From: Myxococcales bacterium
Lineage (GTDB): Bacteria > Myxococcota > Myxococcia > Myxococcales > 40CM-4-68-19
Length of the DNA: 64,000 nucleotides
Assembly: GCA_036393835.1 (NCBI GenBank)
Contig: DASWGI010000034.1
Coordinates: 6,149 to 70,148, forward strand
Reading direction: 5' to 3'
Below are positions 25,034 through 34,425 of the stretch, one piece after another; within the stretch, counting starts at the first letter, position 1; each line of letters opens with the position of its first letter. The position numbers and the translations under genes are program-made. The notes beneath the pieces were generated by a model. The model did no database searches. It had not been told where the DNA came from and saw nothing but the letters and a program-made list of their open reading frames with translations.

Positions 25034-26622
25034 CACGGCGCTCCCGGCAGTCCCGGTCGAGCATAGACGACGACCTGGGGCGTCTCGTCCAGGTAGAGGC
25101 CGGTCGCCGGCGTCCGGGTCCCGAAGGCGTTCCAGGTCTCGGGCTCGCGGTCGCGGAACTCCCGGTGCCACTGCAGCGCGGCGTACTGCGCATCCCACGG
25201 TCCCGACGCGTACTGGATGTCCGCCCGGAGCAGGCCGGCCTGCTGGTAGGCGCGGTAGCTCTCGACGTTGACCTCGTGGAAGAACACGCGCGCGCCCTTG
25301 GGCGCGTGGGCGTTGAGCCAGGGCAGCACGGCGGTCACGTTGTTCGACCAGTACTGGCGCTGCATCCCGAGGCTGGCGGCGCCCGGGATCCCGAAGGCCA
25401 GCTCGCCGTACGCGCTCGTCCCGTAGGGATGCACGTGCGCGATCTGCCACAAGCCCGGAAGCAGCGCGGCGGCGGCCGCGACGAGAAGGCCGCGCGATCG
25501 CGGCAGGCCGGCCCTCTGCGCCAGCTCGGCGCTGCGCTCGAGGAGGTGCGCTGCCTCGGGCGCCAGCAGGGCCAGGAACGCCAGCCAGTGCTTGATGCCG
25601 CCGAAGATGGGCGTGGTGCGCAGCATGAACGGCAGCAGGGCGGCGCCGGCGAGCCCCAGCTCGAGCAGCCGCACCGGCGAGAGCGCGCGGTGGGCGAAGT
25701 CCCAGAGGAGCTTCGCTCCGGCGGCCGCGAAGAGCGCCACCTGGGGGAGCGGGAGCACCAGCGCGAGCAGCACCAGGGGATAGAAGATGGGGAAGGGCGG
25801 CCCCCGCAGCTCGCGCCCCAGGTAGTACCAGGCGTAGTGCACGTGGTGGGTGTGGAAGGAGATCCACTCGGAGAGGTGTCGCAGCGGCTCGTGCCACAAG
25901 AGCGGCCAGCCCGCGAGGAGGACCACCGGGCCGAGCAGGAGCCACGGGAGCGTCCGCAGCGCGCGCCGGCGCAGCGGGGCGGGGAGCAGCAGCGCGTGCA
26001 CGAGCAGGACGGGCGGCAGGAGCCAGGCGTTGTGCTTGACGCCGAGGGCGCAGCCGAAAAGGAATCCGAGGAAGAGGCCGTGCCGGCTCGACGTCCAGGT
26101 CGGGTTCGAGGTCGGGGTCTGGAGAATGCCGATCGCCCGCGCCCACGCCACTCCAACCCCCGCCGTGAGCGCGCAGATGGGCACGTCGAAGCACGCCAGG
26201 TGCCCGTGGAAGAACGTCCGCTCCGCGCACCAGAAGAGCGCCGGCGCGAGCACGGCCGCCGCGCGCGAGCGCTGCGCGCCGAGGACGGCGAGCCAGTACG
26301 TGAGCAGGGCGCCGAAGGCGAACGCCGGCAGCCGCCAGGCGAGCGCGTCGGGCAGCCACCCCAGCCAGGTGGTGAAGACCAGGTGCGACAGCGCGAAGAG
26401 CAGCTTGGCGAGGCCCGGGTGCTCGAAATTGACGCTCCAGTACCGCCCCGTGTCGCGCAGCGCGGCGGCGGGCGCGCGCAAGAGCAGCGCCACCCACTGC
26501 TCGTAGCTCTTCGCCGCCTCGAAGTAGTAGCCCTCGTCGCGAACGAACCCGACGCCCGACTGCGTGGCGAAGAGCGCCGCGAAGGTCAGCGCGGCGAGCG
26601 CGAGCGGCAGGCGGCGGTTCAT
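25033..26622 (-). CDS. ArnT/PMT-like glycosyltransferase family 39 membrane protein
   Basis: Tail of ORF 25033..27393. ATG 26622 overlaps the upstream TGA (ATGA). More than 10 predicted TM helices. N-terminal FVRDEGYYF.. and NFEHPGLAKLL are characteristic of the first periplasmic loop (DE motif) of GT-C PMT_2/ArnT-type enzymes. Confidence 0.8.
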   Translation of the reverse strand: MNRRLPLALAALTFAALFATQSGVGFVRDEGYYFEAAKSYEQWVALLLRAPAAALRDTGRYWSVNFEHPGLAKLLFALSHLVFTTWLGWLPDALAWRLPAFAFGALLTYWLAVLGAQRSRAAAVLAPALFWCAERTFFHGHLACFDVPICALTAGVGVAWARAIGILQTPTSNPTWTSSRHGLFLGFLFGCALGVKHNAWLLPPVLLVHALLLPAPLRRRALRTLPWLLLGPVVLLAGWPLLWHEPLRHLSEWISFHTHHVHYAWYYLGRELRGPPFPIFYPLVLLALVLPLPQVALFAAAGAKLLWDFAHRALSPVRLLELGLAGAALLPFMLRTTPIFGGIKHWLAFLALLAPEAAHLLERSAELAQRAGLPRSRGLLVAAAAALLPGLWQIAHVHPYGTSAYGELAFGIPGAASLGMQRQYWSNNVTAVLPWLNAHAPKGARVFFHEVNVESYRAYQQAGLLRADIQYASGPWDAQYAALQWHREFRDREPETWNAFGTRTPATGLYLDETPQVVVYARPGLPGAP

Positions 26623-27437
26623 GGCGCGGCCGTCCATGCCGAAAGGCAGAAGGGCCGGTCCAGGTCGCGCGCGCTGACCAGGAAGGTGAAGGCGTGCTCG
26701 CCCGCGGGCGCCGCCGCGTCCAGTCGGCGCCAACCCGGTTCGGGAGGGGCGGTGGGCGGCACGGTCAGCGTCGCGAGCGGCGCGCCGTCGACCTGCACGT
26801 CCACGCGCACCGGGCCGCGAAAGCCCTGGTACGCGCGCTCGCCGACGATGCCGGCGCGCACGTGCAGGATCCCGCCCTCGCCGCGGGCCTGAAGCCGCCC
26901 GGGATCGGCGGGCCGGCCGATGCGCAAAAGCGTGCACTGGCGCGGCACGTAGTCGACCTCGTGCTCCTCGAGCGGGCTGGTGAGGAACGAGAGCACGCGC
27001 GGGCCGTGCAGCTCCCACGGCTGCAGCGACAGGGCGCCGAAATGCACCTCGTCGCCCGGGGTGGCACCCCGCTCGCGCAGCGCCGCGCGTGCGCGCGCCA
27101 GGTGGGCGAGCGGCACGCGGGGCAGCGCCAAAAGCCACAGCCGCTCGACGCCGGGATAGTCCGCCGCGCGCAGGTCCTCCTCGGTGCGCACCGGCAGCGA
27201 CCGGACGAACAGGCGCGCCCGCTCCGCCCAGGGCGGCCAGAGCTGGACGGCGTCGGCGAGCCCGGCGCGCACCCGCAGCGCCGCCGCCGCCTCGGCCCAG
27301 TCGCCGTTCCCCGGCAGGCGCAGGGGCAAGGTGAGGTCGAACAGCAGCGCGGACGCGCCCACCGCCGCGATCGCCAGGAGCGGAGCGGACCACGCCCGAT
27401 CGCTCCGGCGCCGGGCCGGCGCGGAGGGGCCCTCCAC
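26619..27437 (-). CDS. hypothetical membrane-anchored/periplasmic protein
   Basis: Tail of ORF 26619..28418. GTG 27437 overlaps the carG TAG (TAGTG). N-terminal hydrophobic helix WSAPLLAIAAVGASALLF. No family recognised. Confidence 0.6.
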   Translation of the reverse strand: MEGPSAPARRRSDRAWSAPLLAIAAVGASALLFDLTLPLRLPGNGDWAEAAAALRVRAGLADAVQLWPPWAERARLFVRSLPVRTEEDLRAADYPGVERLWLLALPRVPLAHLARARAALRERGATPGDEVHFGALSLQPWELHGPRVLSFLTSPLEEHEVDYVPRQCTLLRIGRPADPGRLQARGEGGILHVRAGIVGERAYQGFRGPVRVDVQVDGAPLATLTVPPTAPPEPGWRRLDAAAPAGEHAFTFLVSARDLDRPFCLSAWTAAP

Positions 27438-27973
27438 TACGACTGCCCGAGCTTGATCTTCCGCTCGCTCTTCTCCCGGTCGTACAGGCAGAGCGCGACC
27501 TCGGGGTACTGCGTGAACCCCGGCGACCACTCCGGGTTCATCGCGCACCGCGGATCGAAGCAGTGGTGCAGTTCCCAGAGGTGCCCGACGTGGTGCGCGG
27601 CGCGCTTGGCGAGCCCCACGTCGAGCGGCAGCTCGCCCTTCGCGCCCAGGCCGTGGCTGGTGACCACCGCGCGCCCCCCGCCGAACTGGGGGAAGCCCGT
27701 CATCGGGCCCTTGCCCATCGGTCCTTCCGGCGCGGTCAGCGGCGCGCTGGTCAAGTAGACGATCTTGTCGTCCGCGTAGAGCTGCGTGTCGTCGTCGATC
27801 TCCTCCAGCAGCTTGGGCGCCTCGTACGATTCCTGGTCGTCGGCGAGCGCCGACTCGGGCAGCTCCGCCTCGCCTTCGATCTCGCAGCCCATGCCGTAGG
27901 CGGCGTGGAGCCGGCGGGCGACGTGCTCCAGCACTTCCGAAGGAAACTCTCCCAGCGTGACCAGCCGGATCAT
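27437..27973 (-). CDS. carG: CarG-like zinc protein with archaemetzincin-type H/C motif
   Basis: Tail of ORF 27437..29320. ATG 27973 overlaps the carD TGA (ATGA). The motif AAHHVGHLWELHHCFDPRCAM aligns to the archaemetzincin HExxHxxGxxHCxxxxCxM motif, with Glu replaced by His. Its position directly downstream of carD matches M. xanthus. Confidence 0.75.
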   Translation of the reverse strand: MIRLVTLGEFPSEVLEHVARRLHAAYGMGCEIEGEAELPESALADDQESYEAPKLLEEIDDDTQLYADDKIVYLTSAPLTAPEGPMGKGPMTGFPQFGGGRAVVTSHGLGAKGELPLDVGLAKRAAHHVGHLWELHHCFDPRCAMNPEWSPGFTQYPEVALCLYDREKSERKIKLGQS

Positions 27974-29223
27974 CGCTTGCCCTTTCCGGCCGGCTTCTTC
28001 GCCGCCGCCTTCTTGGCGGGCTTCTTCGCGGCCGCCTTCTTCGCGGGCTTCTTCGCGGCGGGCTTCTTCGACTTCGCGGCCGGCTTGGCGGCCTTCTTCG
28101 CGGGCGCAGGCTTCGCCTTGGACGGCGCGGGCCTGCCCGGCGCCCTGGCCGCGGGCTTCGCCGGCGCGAGCACCTTGGCCGCGACTTCCAGCGCCTTGGC
28201 GGCGATCGACCGGGCGACGCCGCGTGCCTCCTCGCCGCCGGCAGGGCGCGCGTCGGCGCGTTTCGGCTCCGGCCCCGCGGGCGGCCCCGCCTTGGGCGCG
28301 GCCGCGGGCGCGGGTCCGCGCTTGGCCTGCGGCCTGGTCGTCCCGGGCGGAGCGTGCAGCTTCGCGCTCGGCTGCGCCGCCGCGTCCTCGTGGGTGGCCT
28401 CGAGAGCGTCCTTGGCAAGCTCGTCCAGCGGCTCCGGCTCCTCCTCCCCGGCCGTGACGCGCATCGCCCGCTGCCGCACCAGGTCCTTCGTCTCGGCGGG
28501 ATCGGCGATGTCCGACTCCTCCGTATCCGCCGCCTGGGCGGCCTTCGACTCGCCGCCGCCTTCCACGTCGACCTCGCCGAAAGCCATCTCGTCGTCCATC
28601 TCGTCGTCGGCCGCGCGCGAGGCCGGCCGCGCCGCGCCGACGCTCGAGCCGGGCACCGCGAGCGCGGCGGGCTGCAGCGGCTTGCCCTTGCGCTTCATGC
28701 CCGGAGGGGGCCAGAGCGCGTAGTCCAGGTTGTCCTCGGCGACGTGCAGCGGGAGGTTCATCGCGGCGGCGATCTCGCCGACCAGCAGGTGCCGCGCGCT
28801 GTCGTACAGCTCGCGCTCCTTCTGCGGGAGCGGACGCACCCGGCTCAGCGCGTGCAGGCCCTTGAGCACGTCGAGCGTGCCCTGCAGCCCGCCGCCCGTC
28901 ATCCGGTCCGCGTTCTCCCGGTGCCGCACCTTCCAGTCGAGCTGCGGATCGTCCCCGGGCGCGGCGAGCTGGTCGAACATGTCGTCGATGGCGGCGACGC
29001 TCGCCACCTTGCGCAGCCCGATGCCCATCACCTTGGCGCGCGGCACCATCACCGTCGCGCCGTCCTCTTCGCGCGACAGGGTGACGACCTCCCAGTCGCG
29101 GCCGGCGATCTGCTTCACCTCCACGCCGGTGATGCGGCAGATGCCCTGGTTCGGGTACACGACGCGGTCGCCGATGTGCAGGCTGCCGTCGCCGATCTGG
29201 ATCTCGGTGCCCTTGTTCGCCAT
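27970..29223 (-). CDS. carD: CarD: CarD_CdnL_TRCF N-terminal domain + acidic region + histone-H1-like Lys/Ala/Pro C-terminal tail
   Basis: ORF 27970..29262; ATG 29223 is preferred. N-terminal LHIGDRVVYPNQGICRITGVEVKQIAGRDWEVVTL is CdnL/CarD-like. An acidic stretch (DDEMDDEMAFGEVDVEGGGE) follows. The tail is KAKPAPAKKAAKPAAKSKKPAAKKPAKKAAAKKPAKKAAAKKP. Confidence 0.85.
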   Translation of the reverse strand: MANKGTEIQIGDGSLHIGDRVVYPNQGICRITGVEVKQIAGRDWEVVTLSREEDGATVMVPRAKVMGIGLRKVASVAAIDDMFDQLAAPGDDPQLDWKVRHRENADRMTGGGLQGTLDVLKGLHALSRVRPLPQKERELYDSARHLLVGEIAAAMNLPLHVAEDNLDYALWPPPGMKRKGKPLQPAALAVPGSSVGAARPASRAADDEMDDEMAFGEVDVEGGGESKAAQAADTEESDIADPAETKDLVRQRAMRVTAGEEEPEPLDELAKDALEATHEDAAAQPSAKLHAPPGTTRPQAKRGPAPAAAPKAGPPAGPEPKRADARPAGGEEARGVARSIAAKALEVAAKVLAPAKPAARAPGRPAPSKAKPAPAKKAAKPAAKSKKPAAKKPAKKAAAKKPAKKAAAKKPAGKGKR

Positions 29224-29233
29224 CGCGCCCGAT

Positions 29234-29262
29234 CCGGTACACCGCGCGCCCCGAGCGGTCAA
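29234..29262 (-). promoter_or_regulatory. promoter candidate TTGACC-N17-TACCGG, 10 nt before the carD ATG (near-leaderless)
   Basis: On the minus strand, TTGACC lies at 29262-29257 and TACCGG at 29239-29234. The -10 is weak. There is no SD before ATG 29223. Confidence 0.25.
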
Positions 29263-29280
29263 CGCGCCTCGAGCGCCTGC

Positions 29281-29312
29281 AAAGCGCAGCGCCGCCGAAT
29301 ACGGCGGCGGCT
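29281..29312 (-). repeat. intergenic repeat family copy, inverted orientation, hairpin + CGCTTT only
   Basis: The minus strand reads gccagCCGCCGCCG-tatt-CGGCGGCG-ctgcgcttt, directly after the TGA of the TetR-like relic frame (29317-29319). Confidence 0.65.
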
Positions 29313-29316
29313 GGCC

Positions 29317-29690
29317 TCACTCGATCCCGAGGTACCGGAGGAACATCCGCTGGAGCTCGGACTCGAGCTTCGCCTGCGGCACGCGCCGCGAACCCTGCAG
29401 GGGCTTGCGGTGACCACCAGCTGGCGCATCGCCAAGGTCACCGCGAGCAGCCCGGCGCGCAGCGCCAGCTCCGGATCCTGCGGCGCGCAGCAGTGCGTCC
29501 GGCACTCCCCACATGCCGCTCCCCGCCGCGCAGCTGGCGCTCGCGGTCCTCACGGCCGGGTTGCGGATGTGGGGAGCGCGGACCTTCGAGCGCCGGGCGA
29601 TCGGCTGATTTCCTCGCCAGCCGGGTGGGCGCTAGGTGCTGCTCTACAGGCGGGCAGTTGCGCGGCGCGTCCAGAGACACTAACTTCTGA
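29317..29690 (-). pseudogene. possible decayed TetR-family regulator remnant (multiple frameshifts)
   Basis: Three minus-strand frames each contain TetR-like fragments: GEEISRSPGARRSALPTS (compare EIArrAGVSrsALY), QDPELALRAGLLAVTLAMRQLVV and PQAKLESELQRMFLRYLGIE-stop. No intact ORF joins them. It is divergent from an acyl-CoA dehydrogenase, a common TetR arrangement. This is a weak call. Confidence 0.3.
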
Positions 29691-29710
29691 CATGACGCCG
29701 AGCGTCATCA
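29688..29710. promoter_or_regulatory. operator-like palindrome TGAcATGACG-ccgag-CGTCATCA upstream of the acyl-CoA dehydrogenase
   Basis: ATGACG (29692-29697) and CGTCAT (29703-29708) are perfect inverted repeats separated by 5 nt, 33 nt before ATG 29741 and just after a TAACTT -10-like hexamer (29681-29686). Confidence 0.4.
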
Positions 29711-29740
29711 ACTGTAAGCGAGGGTGCGCGAGGAGCGTAC

Positions 29741-31573
<1,833 letters not shown>

Positions 31574-31644
31574 GCTCGCCTCTTACCTCTCCCGACACCC
31601 GTGCGCAGATTCGCGCGGGGACAGAACGAGGGCGAGGGGGGCGT

Positions 31645-32466
31645 GTGCGCAATTCAGAGCCAGGGCGGTCGGGAGCAGTCAGGCCGCTGTGGTCGGAGGC
31701 GGACAGCCTGCGGGAGCGGGTCGCGGACGCGCCCGCGCTGTTCGGGTTCTTCTCGTTCGACGCCGCGCTGGCGCAGCACGCGTCGCACGGCCACCTGCGC
31801 ACCAATCCCGCAGCGCGCGCGGCGCTCATCCGGTTGTGTGCGGCGCCGAACACGCGCGGAGCGGTGATCTCCGGCCGCCGCGTCGAGACCCTCCAGCGCC
31901 GCCTGCGGCTGCACCGGCTCGGCTACGTCGGCGTGCACGGAGCCGAGGTGCAGAATTTCGGCTTGCGGCTCGTCACCGAGCCCGACCTCGAGGAGGCCGA
32001 GCAGGCGATCGGCCGGCTGCGCAAGGCGTGCGCGAGGGTCCCCGCCCTGCAGGCGCCGGGCATCGCGGTCGAGGACCGCGTCTGGGCGCTCGTGCTGCAC
32101 CTGCGCCATGCCGCCACCGCGGACCAGATCGCGGCGGCGGAGCATTTCGGCCGCCTCACCGCGGCGGAAGGCCTGCGCCTGCGGCGCGGCAACGATTCCG
32201 TGCAGGCGTGCACGCAGGGGGCGAGCGTCGGACGCGCGGCGCTCGGGCTCCTCGCCGGCCTTCGCGCCGCGCTGCCGGTCTACGTGGGCGCCGGCGACGC
32301 CGACGAGGAAGGCTTCGCAGCCGTCCAGCGCTTCGGCGGGATCACCGTGCACGTCGGACCGCCGCCGCGGACGGGGACCGCCGCCCGCTGGCACGTCGCC
32401 GACTGCGGCGAGGTCATCCGGCTGATCCACTGGCTGGCCGACGCCCGCCGCCGCGGCCAGAGGTAG
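31645..32466 (+). CDS. trehalose-6-phosphate-phosphatase (OtsB)-fold HAD protein with degenerate catalytic motifs
   Basis: Tail of ORF 31366..32466, starting at GTG 31645 after GAGGGGGG. It aligns by eye to E. coli OtsB (recalled from memory): FFSFDAALA vs FFDLDGTLA, AVISGRRVETL vs ALISGRSMVEL, GVHGAE, GASVGRA vs GTSKGEA, YVGAGDADEEGF vs FLGDDLTDESGF. Confidence 0.7.
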   Translation: MRNSEPGRSGAVRPLWSEADSLRERVADAPALFGFFSFDAALAQHASHGHLRTNPAARAALIRLCAAPNTRGAVISGRRVETLQRRLRLHRLGYVGVHGAEVQNFGLRLVTEPDLEEAEQAIGRLRKACARVPALQAPGIAVEDRVWALVLHLRHAATADQIAAAEHFGRLTAAEGLRLRRGNDSVQACTQGASVGRAALGLLAGLRAALPVYVGAGDADEEGFAAVQRFGGITVHVGPPPRTGTAARWHVADCGEVIRLIHWLADARRRGQR

Positions 32467-32526
32467 CCGCGGGCGCCGATCAACCCCAGCGCTAAGTTCG
32501 GATTGGCGGTGATCAGTTGGGGGGTC

Positions 32527-32550
32527 GAGGGGGGAGCGAGCTCCCCCCTT
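32527..32550 (+). terminator. stem-loop GAGGGGGGAG-cgag-CTCCCCCCTT, terminator-like
   Basis: An 8-10 bp G/C stem with a tetraloop, followed by TT, lies about 60 nt after the stop at 32466. A second small hairpin, GGCGCC-gaa-GGCGCC, lies at 32556-32570. Confidence 0.35.
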
Positions 32551-32651
32551 GTGGAGGCGCCGAAGGCGCCGGATCGAAGAGCGTCGCGTTCGTGGCAGGG
32601 CGGTGTCAACCCAAGCGAACCGTGGGGTGGGGGTATGGTAGGACACGCCGC

Positions 32652-34415
32652 GTGGCGCGCCTGGATCCGCACAGCTACGCCGACTCCGAGCAGCCGCTCA
32701 CCGAGCGCATCGATCTGGCGCTCAGGGTCGACTTCGCCCAGCGGGTGCTCTCCGGCGAGGTGCTGCTGACGCTGCGCGAGGCTTCCGCTGGACCGCTCGA
32801 CCTGGACACGCGCGACCTGCGCATCGGCGCGGTGGAGACGCCCGACAAGAAGCCGCTCCGGTACGAGCTGGCCCCGCCCGAGCGCATCCTGGGGACGCGC
32901 CTGCGCGTGCACCTGGCCCCGGGCACCCGCGCAATTCGCGTCCGCTACTCGACCTCGCCCGAGGCTTCGGCGCTGCAGTGGCTCGGGCCTTCGCAGACCG
33001 CGGGCGGGCAGCATCCCTATCTCTACAGCCAGTGCCAGCCCATCCACGCGCGGTCGCTGGCGCCGCTGCAGGACACCGCGCGCATCCGCATCCGCGCCGG
33101 AGCGCGGTTCACCGTTCCCGCGTACCTGCGCGCGCTGATGGCCGCGGCCCCGCTCGGCCGCGAGCCGGCGGGCGAGGGCGAGATGGTCGACCTGTTCGAG
33201 ATGCCCCAAAAGGTCCCGCCGTACCTGCTCGCCTTCGCCGTCGGGGACCTGTCGCCCCGGCAGCTCTCGCAGCGGTCGGCGGTGTGGGCCGAGCGCAGCG
33301 TCGCCGATGCGGCGGCGTGGGAGCTGGACGGCGTGGAGACCATGCTGCAGGTCGCGGAGGACCTGTTCGGCCCGTACGAATGGGAGCGCTACGACGTCCT
33401 GGTGATGCCGCCCTCGTTCCCGTTCGGCGGCATGGAGAACCCGCGGCTCACCTTCGCCACGCCCTCGCTGCTCGCCGGCGATCGCTCGCTGGTCAACGTC
33501 ATCGCCCACGAGCTGGCCCACGCCTGGACCGGCAATCTGGTCTCCAACGCCACGCTCGAGCACTTCTGGCTGAACGAGGGCTTCACCGTCTACGCCGAGC
33601 GCCGCATCCTCGAGGCGCTGGAGGGCACCGAGGCCGCGGAGCTGCACGCCGCGGTCGGGCTGCACGAGCTGGAGGTGTCGCTGCAGCGGTTCGCCCAGCG
33701 GCCCGAGCTGACGCGGCTGCGCACCGAGATGGAGGGCGTGGATCCGGACGAGGCGTACTCCACCGTCCCGTACGAGAAGGGCTACCTGTTCCTGCGGCGC
33801 CTCGAGGAGCTGGCCGGCCGCGACCGCTGGGACCGTTTCCTGCGCGCCTACCTGGAGCGGTTCCGGTTCCAATCGATCGTCACCGACGACTTCCTGCGGT
33901 TCCTCGACGAGCGCCTGCCGGGCGTTTCGGCGCGAGCGGGCGCGAAACGCTGGATCGACGGTCCGGGGTTGCCCCCCGACGCGCCGCGGCCCCAGTCGCG
34001 CCGGCTGGACGAGCTGCGCGAGATGGCGCGGCGGGTGGGGGAGGGCGTGCTGCCGGACGAGAACGCGGCGGTCCGCCTGCAGCCCACCGAGCTGCTCGTC
34101 TTCCTGCAGTCGCTGCCGGAGCTGCCTCCGGAAGTGTGCGATCAGCTCGACTCGCTGCTCGGCCTCTCCCGCCGCCGCAGCCTCGAGCTGCGGCACACCT
34201 TCGTCCTGGTGCAGCTGCGCGCCGGGGCCCTTGCAGGGCGCGAGGCCGCGCGCCGGGTGCTGCGCGAGACCGGCCGGATCAAGTACCTGCGGCCCGTCTA
34301 CACCGAGTTGGCCCGCCGCCCGCAGACGCGCACCCTGGCCCGGGAGATCTACGAGGAGGCGCGCGCCTCGTACCACCCGATCGCGCGCACGGTGGTGGAG
34401 TCGATCCTCGGGTGA
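32652..34415 (+). CDS. M1-family zinc aminopeptidase (leukotriene-A4-hydrolase-like)
   Basis: Part of ORF 32517..34415, starting at GTG 32652 (VARLDPHSY). FPFGGMENP (GxMEN), VIAHELAHAWTGNLV (HExxH) and WLNEGFTVY (distal Glu). C-terminal LTA4H-type helical domain. Confidence 0.85.
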   Translation: MARLDPHSYADSEQPLTERIDLALRVDFAQRVLSGEVLLTLREASAGPLDLDTRDLRIGAVETPDKKPLRYELAPPERILGTRLRVHLAPGTRAIRVRYSTSPEASALQWLGPSQTAGGQHPYLYSQCQPIHARSLAPLQDTARIRIRAGARFTVPAYLRALMAAAPLGREPAGEGEMVDLFEMPQKVPPYLLAFAVGDLSPRQLSQRSAVWAERSVADAAAWELDGVETMLQVAEDLFGPYEWERYDVLVMPPSFPFGGMENPRLTFATPSLLAGDRSLVNVIAHELAHAWTGNLVSNATLEHFWLNEGFTVYAERRILEALEGTEAAELHAAVGLHELEVSLQRFAQRPELTRLRTEMEGVDPDEAYSTVPYEKGYLFLRRLEELAGRDRWDRFLRAYLERFRFQSIVTDDFLRFLDERLPGVSARAGAKRWIDGPGLPPDAPRPQSRRLDELREMARRVGEGVLPDENAAVRLQPTELLVFLQSLPELPPEVCDQLDSLLGLSRRRSLELRHTFVLVQLRAGALAGREAARRVLRETGRIKYLRPVYTELARRPQTRTLAREIYEEARASYHPIARTVVESILG

Positions 34416-34425
34416 ATCCCCCCGA

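Noticed and set aside
32280-34376. 698-aa antisense ORF opposite the M1 aminopeptidase
   Set aside because: The sense frame has GxMEN/HExxH/E motifs. The antisense translation has no motifs and a biased composition.
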